Below, piece after piece: positions 42,747-52,227 of a stretch of 64,000 nucleotides of DNA. The stretch covers positions 190 through 64,189 of the forward strand of contig JBGULD010000011.1 of the NCBI GenBank assembly GCA_045114745.1. The letters are read 5' to 3'. Position 1 is the stretch's first letter. The number at the start of each line of letters is the position of its first letter. Made by a program: the position numbers and the translations under genes. The notes below the pieces were generated by a model. It did no database searches. It had not been told where the DNA came from and saw only the letters and a list, made by a program, of their open reading frames with translations. Source of the stretch: Bacilli bacterium. GTDB taxonomy: Bacteria; Bacillota_I; Bacilli_A; RFN20; CAG-826.

Positions 42747-44771
42747 ATGAAAAAGATAATATTTAAAACCTTACTTGTATCACTTTTTGTGGTACCTTTA
42801 CTTTCTGCTTGTAATAAACAAGGGAACAAAACTAAAGAAGTTACTTTAGCATTTAAGAATGCAGAAGAAACAGTCGAAATGGCGTCAAAACCAGACCTTT
42901 ATAATTTCGTGGATTTCTCTTTAGAAAAAGAATTATTAACATTTTCTTTGGATGAGGAGATTGCCTTGATTGAAGATGGGCACATCCTTTCTCCTATTGA
43001 AATGGGAACCACAAATCTCGTGGCCAAATATAACGATTTAGAAAAGACATGCAAATTAACAATTGTCGATTCACGTCGTATTGAAGGCTTTCCATCATTA
43101 ACTACCTTTGAGACACCAAATGTTTATCAATCACCATATGCTAATAAATGGGGTTATCAGGCCAAAAAAGAAGGCCATGATTTATTTGTTTATGCTTTCC
43201 AAAAAGTTCCATCAGACCGCACGCTTGATCCAAACAATATGAATAATGTTATGGTGTCATTCTTCGGTAACGGAATTACTGGATTTGATTGTTTCATGAA
43301 TGAAGATAATTCTTCATCTATCAGTGGTGATGAAGCATTTAACGCACTCATTTCATATCAAAAACTATTCGTGGAGAAATCTGGCACCACACTTAAATAT
43401 TATTTGAAATTATCATTTAAAAATGATATTCCTGATTCTTTATTACTTCAGTTCTACGCAAAAGACACAAACGATAGCAACAAGAGTTATGGTGGTGCTG
43501 ATAAATATGTTTTAAAGAATGGAACATATTATCACACACACATTGGTGAAGGTTGGAGTGTCAGTGAAAAACTTGGAATGCCTCATTATTCCATGTATGT
43601 CACACCTTCTCAATATCAAGCTCCTGTCCCAGAAAGAAATGGTTTTAATTTTGCTGCTAGAAAAGAAGGTCTATACCTCCATCTATATCAAATAGTGGAT
43701 TCTATCAAAACCGATTATATCACCGATAACGATGCTAAGTGGCATAGTGCCACACATGTGGAAATGGAAATTTGGAACCATGGTATCGGTTATGGATGGA
43801 ACGGAACATATTTCGCTGGATGGACTAATGGCAGTTATTATATTAATAACAACAATGGTCTAAAAGGATTTGACCTCCAAGTTAAAACATCCGCTTCTGG
43901 CGCAAAGATTAGAATTGATTATGAATTCTTCTTATATTTTGATAACAATTTAGAAAATCCAAGTGATGGTCCATATGCTTATATCAAACCATATTTCTTC
44001 GATCCATCATTCGGTGAAGCTAGATTTAATGAAAATGATGTTGTGAGTTACAGAGATGAACGTTTCTTGCACACCATTAGAGGTAATTCTGTTGGTGTTC
44101 ATGCTCAAGTTAATGAATTAGATGATCCATTTACCACAACACATGCTACTAGTAGAGTGAATAAATTCTCTTCTCAAGGATTACGTAAACAAGACTTAAC
44201 TCTCTTTATTGGTGATTCATTCTTTGAATACGACAATTGGTGGGTCAATTTCTTCACTGATTTTGCTGGAAAGAACGTCTTTTCTTCCGCGATTGGCGGC
44301 ACAAGAATCACCCAATGGTTAAACTGGAATGATGCTTTAATTGCCCCATATGCTGAAGAAGGTAAGATTGATAACATAGTTATCCATCTTGGTTATAATG
44401 ATATCGGTCAAAATAGCGCGAAAGTCAGTGCCCCAAGACTTGAAACTTTCTTGGAACAATTAATCGAAATGATTCATACAAATTATCCAAGTGCCCATAT
44501 TTATCCAATGGGTGTTGGACAATCATATTGGTTCCAGAGTCAAAACTGGGAAGTCAGTTTAGAATTAGATGCTTTAACAAATGCTTATGCAGCAGATAAG
44601 TCCTATGTCACATTCGTGGATATGGATGCCGTCTATAATCAATATCTCACTGATAATCCAAGTGCGACATTACAATCCTTCTTCAAAGATGGAACGCACC
44701 CCAAAAATGAAAACTACCACTATTTAGTGGAAGCTTTACAGGCAGCGGGTTGTATATTCACTAACCTTTAA
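42747..44771 (+). CDS. lipoprotein with C-terminal SGNH/GDSL hydrolase (carbohydrate esterase-like) domain
   Basis: Lipobox VVPLLSACNK. The C-terminal domain has the GDSF block (LTLFIGDSFF), IGGTRIT, and HLGYNDIG, with DGTHP near the end, giving an SGNH catalytic arrangement. Confidence 0.6.
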   Translation: MKKIIFKTLLVSLFVVPLLSACNKQGNKTKEVTLAFKNAEETVEMASKPDLYNFVDFSLEKELLTFSLDEEIALIEDGHILSPIEMGTTNLVAKYNDLEKTCKLTIVDSRRIEGFPSLTTFETPNVYQSPYANKWGYQAKKEGHDLFVYAFQKVPSDRTLDPNNMNNVMVSFFGNGITGFDCFMNEDNSSSISGDEAFNALISYQKLFVEKSGTTLKYYLKLSFKNDIPDSLLLQFYAKDTNDSNKSYGGADKYVLKNGTYYHTHIGEGWSVSEKLGMPHYSMYVTPSQYQAPVPERNGFNFAARKEGLYLHLYQIVDSIKTDYITDNDAKWHSATHVEMEIWNHGIGYGWNGTYFAGWTNGSYYINNNNGLKGFDLQVKTSASGAKIRIDYEFFLYFDNNLENPSDGPYAYIKPYFFDPSFGEARFNENDVVSYRDERFLHTIRGNSVGVHAQVNELDDPFTTTHATSRVNKFSSQGLRKQDLTLFIGDSFFEYDNWWVNFFTDFAGKNVFSSAIGGTRITQWLNWNDALIAPYAEEGKIDNIVIHLGYNDIGQNSAKVSAPRLETFLEQLIEMIHTNYPSAHIYPMGVGQSYWFQSQNWEVSLELDALTNAYAADKSYVTFVDMDAVYNQYLTDNPSATLQSFFKDGTHPKNENYHYLVEALQAAGCIFTNL

Positions 44772-45651
44772 TATTTTTTAAGCGATATTCCTTAGGGGAT
44801 ATCCCCATATTCTTAATAAAGAAATGTGAGAAAGAATAGGCATCGGAAAATGAAAGTTCCGATGCTATTTCTTTTAAGCTCATTTTGGTTTCTCTTAAAT
44901 AAATACAAGCGAGATTTACTCTTTGTTTAATACGATATTGTTTTGGTGTGACACCATAGTATTTTGTGAAGCTATTAATCAAGGTGGTTTGCGAAATAAA
45001 TAATTGTTCACAAATATCTTCTAGGGATATATCTTCTTTGATATTTTCATCAATCAACGATTTGGCTTTAACCATCTCTTCAGGTATATTATTCTTTTGC
45101 TCATGAATTGATTCTCTCATCTTAAATAAGATGGAGGTGATAATCTTTAAAGCTTCTTCGGCGATAGAAGACGCTAATATTGATTTCTGTTCTAACGAGA
45201 ATAAAGCGTTGAATTCTTCAATAATATCGGTGTTTGGGAAATGATAAATTCCTTTGATTTGTAACGCTTCTAATAACAATGAAAAAGATGAAGAGGTGAA
45301 GTTGATCCAATATTTCTTAAATGGATTTGCTTTATCCGAATAGTAGTGGTGATTTGTATTTGCTTCAATAAGATAAGCATCACCCGCTTTAACGTTAAAT
45401 TTCTTATCTTCTATTTCTAAGTAGCCTTTACCATCTAGAACATATTCAATGACATAAATATTTTGTTTATTATCCCTTTTTACTTCGTAATTCTTATCAG
45501 GGAAGCTGACGCCGAAACATTGAACTCTTAATAAAGTATTATCATTTTCATCAAAGATAAAATGAGCGGCCTTTTCATTACCGCCTCCATGATACTCTAT
45601 TCCGGTTTGTTGATTGATAGTATCTACTAACTCTTTAATATACTTTTGCAT
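44761..45651 (-). CDS. AraC-family transcriptional regulator (cupin sensor plus HTH)
   Basis: The C-terminal AraC HTH (LEDICEQLFISQTTLINSFTKYYGVTPKQYR...LKEIASELSFSDAYSFSHFFIKNMGISPKEYR) and an N-terminal cupin domain. It is divergent from the sugar ABC operon. Confidence 0.8.
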   Translation of the reverse strand: MQKYIKELVDTINQQTGIEYHGGGNEKAAHFIFDENDNTLLRVQCFGVSFPDKNYEVKRDNKQNIYVIEYVLDGKGYLEIEDKKFNVKAGDAYLIEANTNHHYYSDKANPFKKYWINFTSSSFSLLLEALQIKGIYHFPNTDIIEEFNALFSLEQKSILASSIAEEALKIITSILFKMRESIHEQKNNIPEEMVKAKSLIDENIKEDISLEDICEQLFISQTTLINSFTKYYGVTPKQYRIKQRVNLACIYLRETKMSLKEIASELSFSDAYSFSHFFIKNMGISPKEYRLKNIKG

Positions 45652-45785
45652 GTTTAATTTTTAACATTATAAATCAACATTTATCAATAAAACAAATGGA
45701 GAAATTAATAATCTCCTAAAAAGTCATATTCTCTTTCTTTAATTTTCAACATTATTAATTTAAAAATATGCATTTTTATATTTGA

Positions 45786-47498
45786 ATGTTGAGAGTTATA
45801 ATGTTTACTATAGTAATACCGATGAAAAATCCTGTTAAGACCATTGTCTTGATTTCTGTTGTCGCTTTAGTAAGCGGTTCTTTAATCGCCTCTCGACTTA
45901 TTTTGTCTGGTTCGGTGAAAAATATTGAGAATCGTACAGTCATTACTTTTTATGGTTGGGGCAACGCTAGCGAAGTGGCTTTAACAAGACAATTTGTCGA
46001 TTCATATAACGAGAGTCAAGATAAGATATTTGTTCAATATACATCTATTCCTTCTTCGGATTATCAAACTAAAATCACTAACTCTTTATATTCCAGAACT
46101 CCGCCTGATGTTTTATTAGCAGGTGATGGTGAAATCAAACCTTGGATTGAAGTTAATGGTTTAGCGGAATTAGATGACTATTTAAAAGATTCATCGATTG
46201 ATCTAGATGACTTCTGGGAAGAAGGACAAAATCGTTATTATTACAACATTCAAAGAAGAATGAATGGTAATTATAAAGACCCACAATATAAGGCGCAAGG
46301 TTACCACCATTATGGAATAATGAGAGACTTATCTCCCACGGTTCTTTTCTATAACAAAACCGCATTTGAAAAAGTCGGTATCAAAGTCATCTCATTAAAT
46401 GAAAAAGATTGTTTGGAAAAATATGGTGTTGCCAGAGGTTTCTTCCAAGTCGATGATCAATATTATTTCAATGACCAAATCGCAATGACTTGGGATGAGA
46501 CATTAGCCATTTCAAGAATGAATACATTAAATACCGCAGCAGATGCCAGTAATAGAAATCCGAAAGCGGTGACTACATATGGTATTCACTATGTGAACTG
46601 GTTCTCCTTAGGATGGAGTTGTAACTCTAACTCTTTGCAATGGGTGAGAGATGATACTTATTCATTGGGTGGAAGATATGTTTTCACATTAGATGATCCT
46701 CGCCCTAATTATTCGGTCAAAGAAGGTAAAACTATTACCATTGGTAGTGGTGTTAGAGAAACAACATATACCGAAGGACAATTAATTAGATTTGATAATT
46801 TAGATGACGCTGCCGCATTAACAACTGCGGAAAAAGAAGAATATTTATATACTCTTCCAAGTTCATTACAAGCGATGCAGGATTATGTCGATTTATCCGC
46901 GACTTATAAAGTGGCACCAAGACCTGACTTCATGAATTCCAGTAGTGTCTCTCAATATTCCGTATTTACTTCTGGTAATCAAACCGCGATGATTGTCGAC
47001 TCCCGTTATGCCGTAGGCATCTATCGTCAATTAATCAAAAATAACTTTGAATGGAACTGCGCTCCATTACCACATTATGAACATGGTGTGGCGAGTGGTC
47101 ATAGTGGTTCTTTAGCCTATTGTATTTCCAATAAATCAACACACAAAAAAGAAGCTTTTGAATTTATCGAATATATCAATGGACTTGAAGGACAAAGCGC
47201 TTTTGCGGAAGCTGGTTTTACAATTCCAAATACCAAATCATTATCAAATTCCAATGTCTTTTTACAAAAGAAGAAGGATCCCACTAATTCAATTATGTTT
47301 GTGGACGCCGCAAGTTATCAAACAGTGGGTGACTGGGGATTCTTACCTTCTAAAGACTGGATTTCTCCATGGGCTAACTTGCTAAATACTAAAGTATTAA
47401 ATGGCGACATGACTTTAATTGATGCTTGTAACGCTTCTCGAGATACCACGCAAAAGATTATTGATGATTACTATAAAGGGATTAATCGCAAAGTATGA
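45786..47498 (+). CDS. sugar ABC transporter substrate-binding protein (family 1 extracellular solute-binding)
   Basis: The 570-aa product has an N-terminal signal/anchor and VITFYGWGNASEVALTRQFVDSYNESQDKIFVQY, which is typical of family 1 binding proteins. It precedes two permeases. Confidence 0.7.
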   Translation: MLRVIMFTIVIPMKNPVKTIVLISVVALVSGSLIASRLILSGSVKNIENRTVITFYGWGNASEVALTRQFVDSYNESQDKIFVQYTSIPSSDYQTKITNSLYSRTPPDVLLAGDGEIKPWIEVNGLAELDDYLKDSSIDLDDFWEEGQNRYYYNIQRRMNGNYKDPQYKAQGYHHYGIMRDLSPTVLFYNKTAFEKVGIKVISLNEKDCLEKYGVARGFFQVDDQYYFNDQIAMTWDETLAISRMNTLNTAADASNRNPKAVTTYGIHYVNWFSLGWSCNSNSLQWVRDDTYSLGGRYVFTLDDPRPNYSVKEGKTITIGSGVRETTYTEGQLIRFDNLDDAAALTTAEKEEYLYTLPSSLQAMQDYVDLSATYKVAPRPDFMNSSSVSQYSVFTSGNQTAMIVDSRYAVGIYRQLIKNNFEWNCAPLPHYEHGVASGHSGSLAYCISNKSTHKKEAFEFIEYINGLEGQSAFAEAGFTIPNTKSLSNSNVFLQKKKDPTNSIMFVDAASYQTVGDWGFLPSKDWISPWANLLNTKVLNGDMTLIDACNASRDTTQKIIDDYYKGINRKV

Positions 47499-48403
47499 AA
47501 AGAGCACCTTTATCCAGAAAACAAAGAGATAATATTAGCGGCATTCTTTTCGTTGCTCTTCCAACATTTGGTTTGTTCCTCTTTGTGGGTGTTCCTTTAA
47601 TATTCTCTTTGTTTTATTCCTTCACCAAACAAAATCCAAATTCCACGAACTTATTAGATACCACATTCGTCGGAGTGGAGAATTTCGCTAGAGTCCTATC
47701 CGATAAGAATTTCTATATGACTATTGGTCTATCTTTTGCCTATGCATTAGGAACATCATTATTCCAAACTATATTTGCGTTATTATTAGCCTTCTTCTTA
47801 AGTAAGAAATTAAAGGGTAACACTCTTATTAGAGTTCTCTTATTTATTCCATATGTTTGCTCGGTTGTCGCCATTTCATTTATATGGCAGAACTTATTAG
47901 ATAAAAACTTTGGTTTATTAAACCTCATGCTTAATAGCATGAAACTACCTTCCTTTGACTGGAAAAGAAATACATCCACAATTATTGTCTTCATGGTTTT
48001 GATGAGTGTTTGGTCAGGACTTGGATATGGCACTATTTTATATTCCGCATCCTTATCAAATGTCGATAATTCATATTATGAAGCGGCAGATGTATTGGGG
48101 GCTAATGGATGGCAGAAATTCTGGAGAATTACTTTCCCATCTATTTCACCGACAACATTCTTCTTGTTAATCATGGGGATGATTGGCAATTTACAAGCCT
48201 TTGCTAACTTCCAGATTATGGTGGGCGAAGATACTGTTTTAACCATGGTTCATTATATTTGGTTCTATGGCTTTAAGAGTGATGCTGCATCATATGGTAT
48301 GACTTACGCTTCCGCAGCCGGATGGTTAGTGGGTGCAATTATTATTGTCTTTACCATTTTGATGTTCAAACTACAAAAATACTGGGTGCATTATGAAAGC
48401 TAG
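47495..48403 (+). CDS. sugar ABC transporter permease (MalF/UgpA-like)
   Basis: Six TM segments and the EAA-region analogue YYEAADVLGANGWQKFWRITFPSI. The start overlaps the binding-protein gene stop. Confidence 0.8.
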   Translation: MKRAPLSRKQRDNISGILFVALPTFGLFLFVGVPLIFSLFYSFTKQNPNSTNLLDTTFVGVENFARVLSDKNFYMTIGLSFAYALGTSLFQTIFALLLAFFLSKKLKGNTLIRVLLFIPYVCSVVAISFIWQNLLDKNFGLLNLMLNSMKLPSFDWKRNTSTIIVFMVLMSVWSGLGYGTILYSASLSNVDNSYYEAADVLGANGWQKFWRITFPSISPTTFFLLIMGMIGNLQAFANFQIMVGEDTVLTMVHYIWFYGFKSDAASYGMTYASAAGWLVGAIIIVFTILMFKLQKYWVHYES

Positions 48404-49241
48404 TTTATTCGACAAAAAGAAAAGAAGAATATTAGTGAACATACTCGCGTATGTGGTTTTGATCATCGCCTGCTTCATTGTTTTATTACCATTCACCCTT
48501 GTTGTTTCCACAAGCTTTAATGGTAACGCCGGTAACCAAACAACATTCCATTTCATTCCAGAGATGTTCTCTATCGATGCTTATGTCACCATTCTCTCTA
48601 ATAAGAGAGTGTGGCTTGGTTTAGTGAACACTTTAATCATTGTTATGCCGGTTATGTTTGTCGGTGTCTTTATCTCTTCTTTAGCCGCATTTGCGTTCGC
48701 TAAATTTGAATTCAAGGGCAAGAATATCATTTTCTCATTATTATTAGGTTCGATGATGCTTCCTGGTGTTATTACCATGACCCCAGCATTCGTTTTATAT
48801 GACGCGATTGGATGGAAAGATACATGGCTACCATTAATGATTCCGGGTCTATTTGGTACCGCCAGTTGTATCTTCTTTATGAGAAACTATTTATCCAAAG
48901 TTCCAAATGCATTAATCGATGCTGGTAAAATGGCGGGATTATCTAACTTTGGTATCTTTGTGAAAATAGTGGTGCCAATCATTAAACCCGCTTTAGTGGC
49001 CCAAGTCATCTTGTGGTTCTTTGCTGGTTATAACGATTACTTTGGACCAATGCTCTACTTAAGCACTGAAACCAATTTCAATTTGCAGTTAATATTAAAG
49101 AATATTGTTTCACAATATGAAGGTCAACCCGCAGTTATGATGTCGAGCTGTATTGTTTCTTTAGTGCCCGCCTTAATTATTTATGCGATTGCTCAAAAAC
49201 AATTAATCAATGGCATATCCATGCAAGGAGTTAGAAAATGA
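48393..49241 (+). CDS. sugar ABC transporter permease (MalG/UgpE-like)
   Basis: Six TM segments and the EAA motif LIDAGKMAGLSNFGIFVKIVVPIIKPAL. Confidence 0.8.
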   Translation: MKASLFDKKKRRILVNILAYVVLIIACFIVLLPFTLVVSTSFNGNAGNQTTFHFIPEMFSIDAYVTILSNKRVWLGLVNTLIIVMPVMFVGVFISSLAAFAFAKFEFKGKNIIFSLLLGSMMLPGVITMTPAFVLYDAIGWKDTWLPLMIPGLFGTASCIFFMRNYLSKVPNALIDAGKMAGLSNFGIFVKIVVPIIKPALVAQVILWFFAGYNDYFGPMLYLSTETNFNLQLILKNIVSQYEGQPAVMMSSCIVSLVPALIIYAIAQKQLINGISMQGVRK

Positions 49242-50785
49242 GAAATAAATTTGTCTTGCTCCTTTTACCAATATTGCTTATCTCATCTTGCTCTTCTAAG
49301 GTGAATACTTTGGATGGTTACGATAATTCTAGTGAAGAGAAGATGAACACTAATCTTTTCTATCGCAATGTTGGGCAAATCCAAGCCGCTGACCCGCATG
49401 TTATTCAACATGATGGTAAATACTATTTATACGCCACAAACGCGAATGGTAATGGCGACTGTTCATATCTACAAGTTTGGTCGAGTGTCAATTTAACAAA
49501 TTGGACTAACGAAGGTATTTGTTATCAACCTAAAAAAGACCACTGGTGTATCGATGGCTTATGGGCTCCAGAAGTCATTGAAAGAAACAACGAATTCTAT
49601 CTTTTCTATTCCGGATGGCATTTAAGAAAAGGAATCCATGAAATTGGTGTCGCTAAAGCCTCTTCTCCAACTGGACCATTCGTGGACTTCGAAGGATATA
49701 ACGATAATGGCGAATATATCGACCCAACGACCGCACCATTAGAATTTGATTTCGATGGTAATGGTGTTAAGGATGCAGTTATCGATGCTTCTCCGTTCGT
49801 GGATGATAATGGCAAATCATATTTATATGTCGTTCAAGATCAGCTATTTTCTACGGAAAGAAGCGCAACCGTATCTACAGTATATGTCGTCGAATTAAAT
49901 GATGACTTTGTTTCCTATAAACATGGTAGTGAAACTAAATTAATCTCCCCACAATACGATTGGGAGATGGAAACATCAACTTCCGCTTTATGGAATGAAG
50001 GCCCATTCTGCTATAAAAAGGATGGTTTATATTATCTATTCTTCTCTGCGAATTATTATCAACATCGTGCTTATTGTGTTGGCTATGCCACATCAACATC
50101 TCCAATTGGTCCATTTGAAAAACACGATGAACCCTTATTAAAGACCAAAGATTATTGGGATTATGTGACTGGTACTGGTCACTGCTCAATATTCACATCC
50201 AGTGATCACAAAGAAACATTTATCGCCTATCACCGTCATAAAGATACGATTATCGGTGGTGCGGAAAGAAAGATTGCTTTCGATCGGATTTATTTAAAAG
50301 ATGGTATTGCTCATGTTAATGGTCCGACTATTTCCCCACAACCATTACCAAGTGGTTCTGGTGAATATAATAATGTCGCCTCTTTAGCGGATATCGCCGT
50401 CAACGATTCACGCGTCTCTTCTTTAAACGATGGCATTATTAATGCCTTTGAAGATAGATTAGACAAAGAACTCAATGTTTCTAGTAAAACAGCGACTATC
50501 AAATTAACATTTAAAGAACCTATTACCGCTAAAGCGGTGATGCTTTATGATTCTTCTAATTATGATTATGCATTAAGAAAAGTTGATCAAATCAAAATCA
50601 ACTCTCTTTCGGCATATAACTCACATATAGCTAGTTCTTATTTAGATACTGAAAAGAATATCGTCAAGATCCCTTGTAGTGCTTTTATCTATGAATTTGA
50701 TGAAATCAGCACAAAGGAAATTGAGATTACTTTGAAATCGAATAAAAACATTTATTTAAATGAAATCATGGTGTTAGGAAAATGA
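49238..50785 (+). CDS. glycoside hydrolase family 43 lipoprotein (beta-xylosidase / alpha-L-arabinofuranosidase-like) with C-terminal beta-sandwich domain
   Basis: Lipobox LLISSCSS. GH43 five-bladed propeller motifs (DPHVIQHDGKYYLYAT, WAPEVIERNNEFYLFYS, EGPFCYKKDGLYYLFFS). Confidence 0.75.
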   Translation: MRNKFVLLLLPILLISSCSSKVNTLDGYDNSSEEKMNTNLFYRNVGQIQAADPHVIQHDGKYYLYATNANGNGDCSYLQVWSSVNLTNWTNEGICYQPKKDHWCIDGLWAPEVIERNNEFYLFYSGWHLRKGIHEIGVAKASSPTGPFVDFEGYNDNGEYIDPTTAPLEFDFDGNGVKDAVIDASPFVDDNGKSYLYVVQDQLFSTERSATVSTVYVVELNDDFVSYKHGSETKLISPQYDWEMETSTSALWNEGPFCYKKDGLYYLFFSANYYQHRAYCVGYATSTSPIGPFEKHDEPLLKTKDYWDYVTGTGHCSIFTSSDHKETFIAYHRHKDTIIGGAERKIAFDRIYLKDGIAHVNGPTISPQPLPSGSGEYNNVASLADIAVNDSRVSSLNDGIINAFEDRLDKELNVSSKTATIKLTFKEPITAKAVMLYDSSNYDYALRKVDQIKINSLSAYNSHIASSYLDTEKNIVKIPCSAFIYEFDEISTKEIEITLKSNKNIYLNEIMVLGK

Positions 50786-52206
50786 GAAAGAGAGCGATTG
50801 TTTTAATTGGGTTAGTAACCCTTCTAGCTTCTTGTAATAGCGCTAAATCCCGCTACTCATTTTCTAATGTCGAGTATCCGGAAGGAACCATCAGTCATTA
50901 TATGGAAGATGATGATATGGTTGTCGATGGTCATGATGATGAATCCCATTACAAAGGTTTAGATGAATTAGTGATATTTGAGCCAGATAACAAAGTTACC
51001 TTAAAGAGTAAGGTTTACTTTGGTAGGAATGGTTTCTATTTCTTTAATTATGTCGATGACCATAGTGTTTTCTATAGCGATGAATTAGATATTTATTCTA
51101 ATGATGGTGTGGAAATGCATATTGATGTCAATCCTGACTATTCCATCTCTTTAGCGGGATTAAATAGAAAGAACCATGTCACTGATGAAATGTTACAAAT
51201 CAGAACCGATTGTAGCGGTAGAATGCAAACTTGGGTCGGTAATGGCTTACCAAGCGGATATGAATGGACACAATATCATAAGGATTGCAAGATTGCGGTT
51301 TATGTTGATGGTAAAGTCAATAGAACTGACGCCGCGAATGGGTATTCCATTGAAATGTATGTTCCATATTCTTCATTTGGATTAGACAAAGCACCGGAGA
51401 AGATTTCTTTCATGCCGGCGTTTAACAATTCATCTTCTAACCTTGACTCAGAAAGAAAATGGTTCACCTTAAAAGGTATGGCTCATAACTATCCGTCAAG
51501 CTGGATGAGAGTGAATAAAAATGGTTTTGTCTATAACGGAAAAGATATTGAACCAGAATATAAATTAACCGCGAATCGTAATGATGAAAAGTACGATAAC
51601 AAGAATAGTGCGACCATCTACGAAGTTGATAAAAATAACGAAAATATGGTCAAACGAGCGGAATTTGCAGCGTTTTTGGGCATTGATGGCATTTACACAA
51701 GAACCATTACTTTTGATAAATCCATGAGCCATTTCAATGATTCTATTTGGGATAACGACGGCATTGAATTTTATATTGATACAATCGATGATGGAACTGA
51801 TACATTGACTCATAATGGGGCTTATCGTTTTGCTTTTGATGTCGATGATGGACTACAATCCGATATCTACATCGATGATTATTCCGATTCCACACCATAT
51901 TACATGGGCACAACACACAAGGTCTCTATTATAGATGTTGATACATATAGTGATTACGAGTATCACGAATTATATTGTTTTGAAGTATTTGTTCCATATG
52001 AATCGCTGGGGATTTCTCGTTCCGAAGCTGAATTGTTCTTACATATGAACTTCGCGGTTTCTTCTCCAGGTGAATCCACTTACATTCTAGATCGAAGAGA
52101 CGGAATCGGTGATATGGAGGCTCAATCGTGGCTATGGATAGATAAGCATTATCCTAAGAACACTGATGAGTTCTTCAAAGTTACCGGAAACGGATTATTC
52201 GTATAG
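50782..52206 (+). CDS. lipoprotein, putative carbohydrate-binding (CBM9-like) protein
   Basis: Lipobox LLASCNS. Repeated DG.E.HID / DGIEFYID blocks are reminiscent of CBM9/DOMON-type sugar-binding domains. Confidence 0.4.
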   Translation: MRKRAIVLIGLVTLLASCNSAKSRYSFSNVEYPEGTISHYMEDDDMVVDGHDDESHYKGLDELVIFEPDNKVTLKSKVYFGRNGFYFFNYVDDHSVFYSDELDIYSNDGVEMHIDVNPDYSISLAGLNRKNHVTDEMLQIRTDCSGRMQTWVGNGLPSGYEWTQYHKDCKIAVYVDGKVNRTDAANGYSIEMYVPYSSFGLDKAPEKISFMPAFNNSSSNLDSERKWFTLKGMAHNYPSSWMRVNKNGFVYNGKDIEPEYKLTANRNDEKYDNKNSATIYEVDKNNENMVKRAEFAAFLGIDGIYTRTITFDKSMSHFNDSIWDNDGIEFYIDTIDDGTDTLTHNGAYRFAFDVDDGLQSDIYIDDYSDSTPYYMGTTHKVSIIDVDTYSDYEYHELYCFEVFVPYESLGISRSEAELFLHMNFAVSSPGESTYILDRRDGIGDMEAQSWLWIDKHYPKNTDEFFKVTGNGLFV

Positions 52207-52227
52207 AAAGGAAAAGGAGGAAAGTTT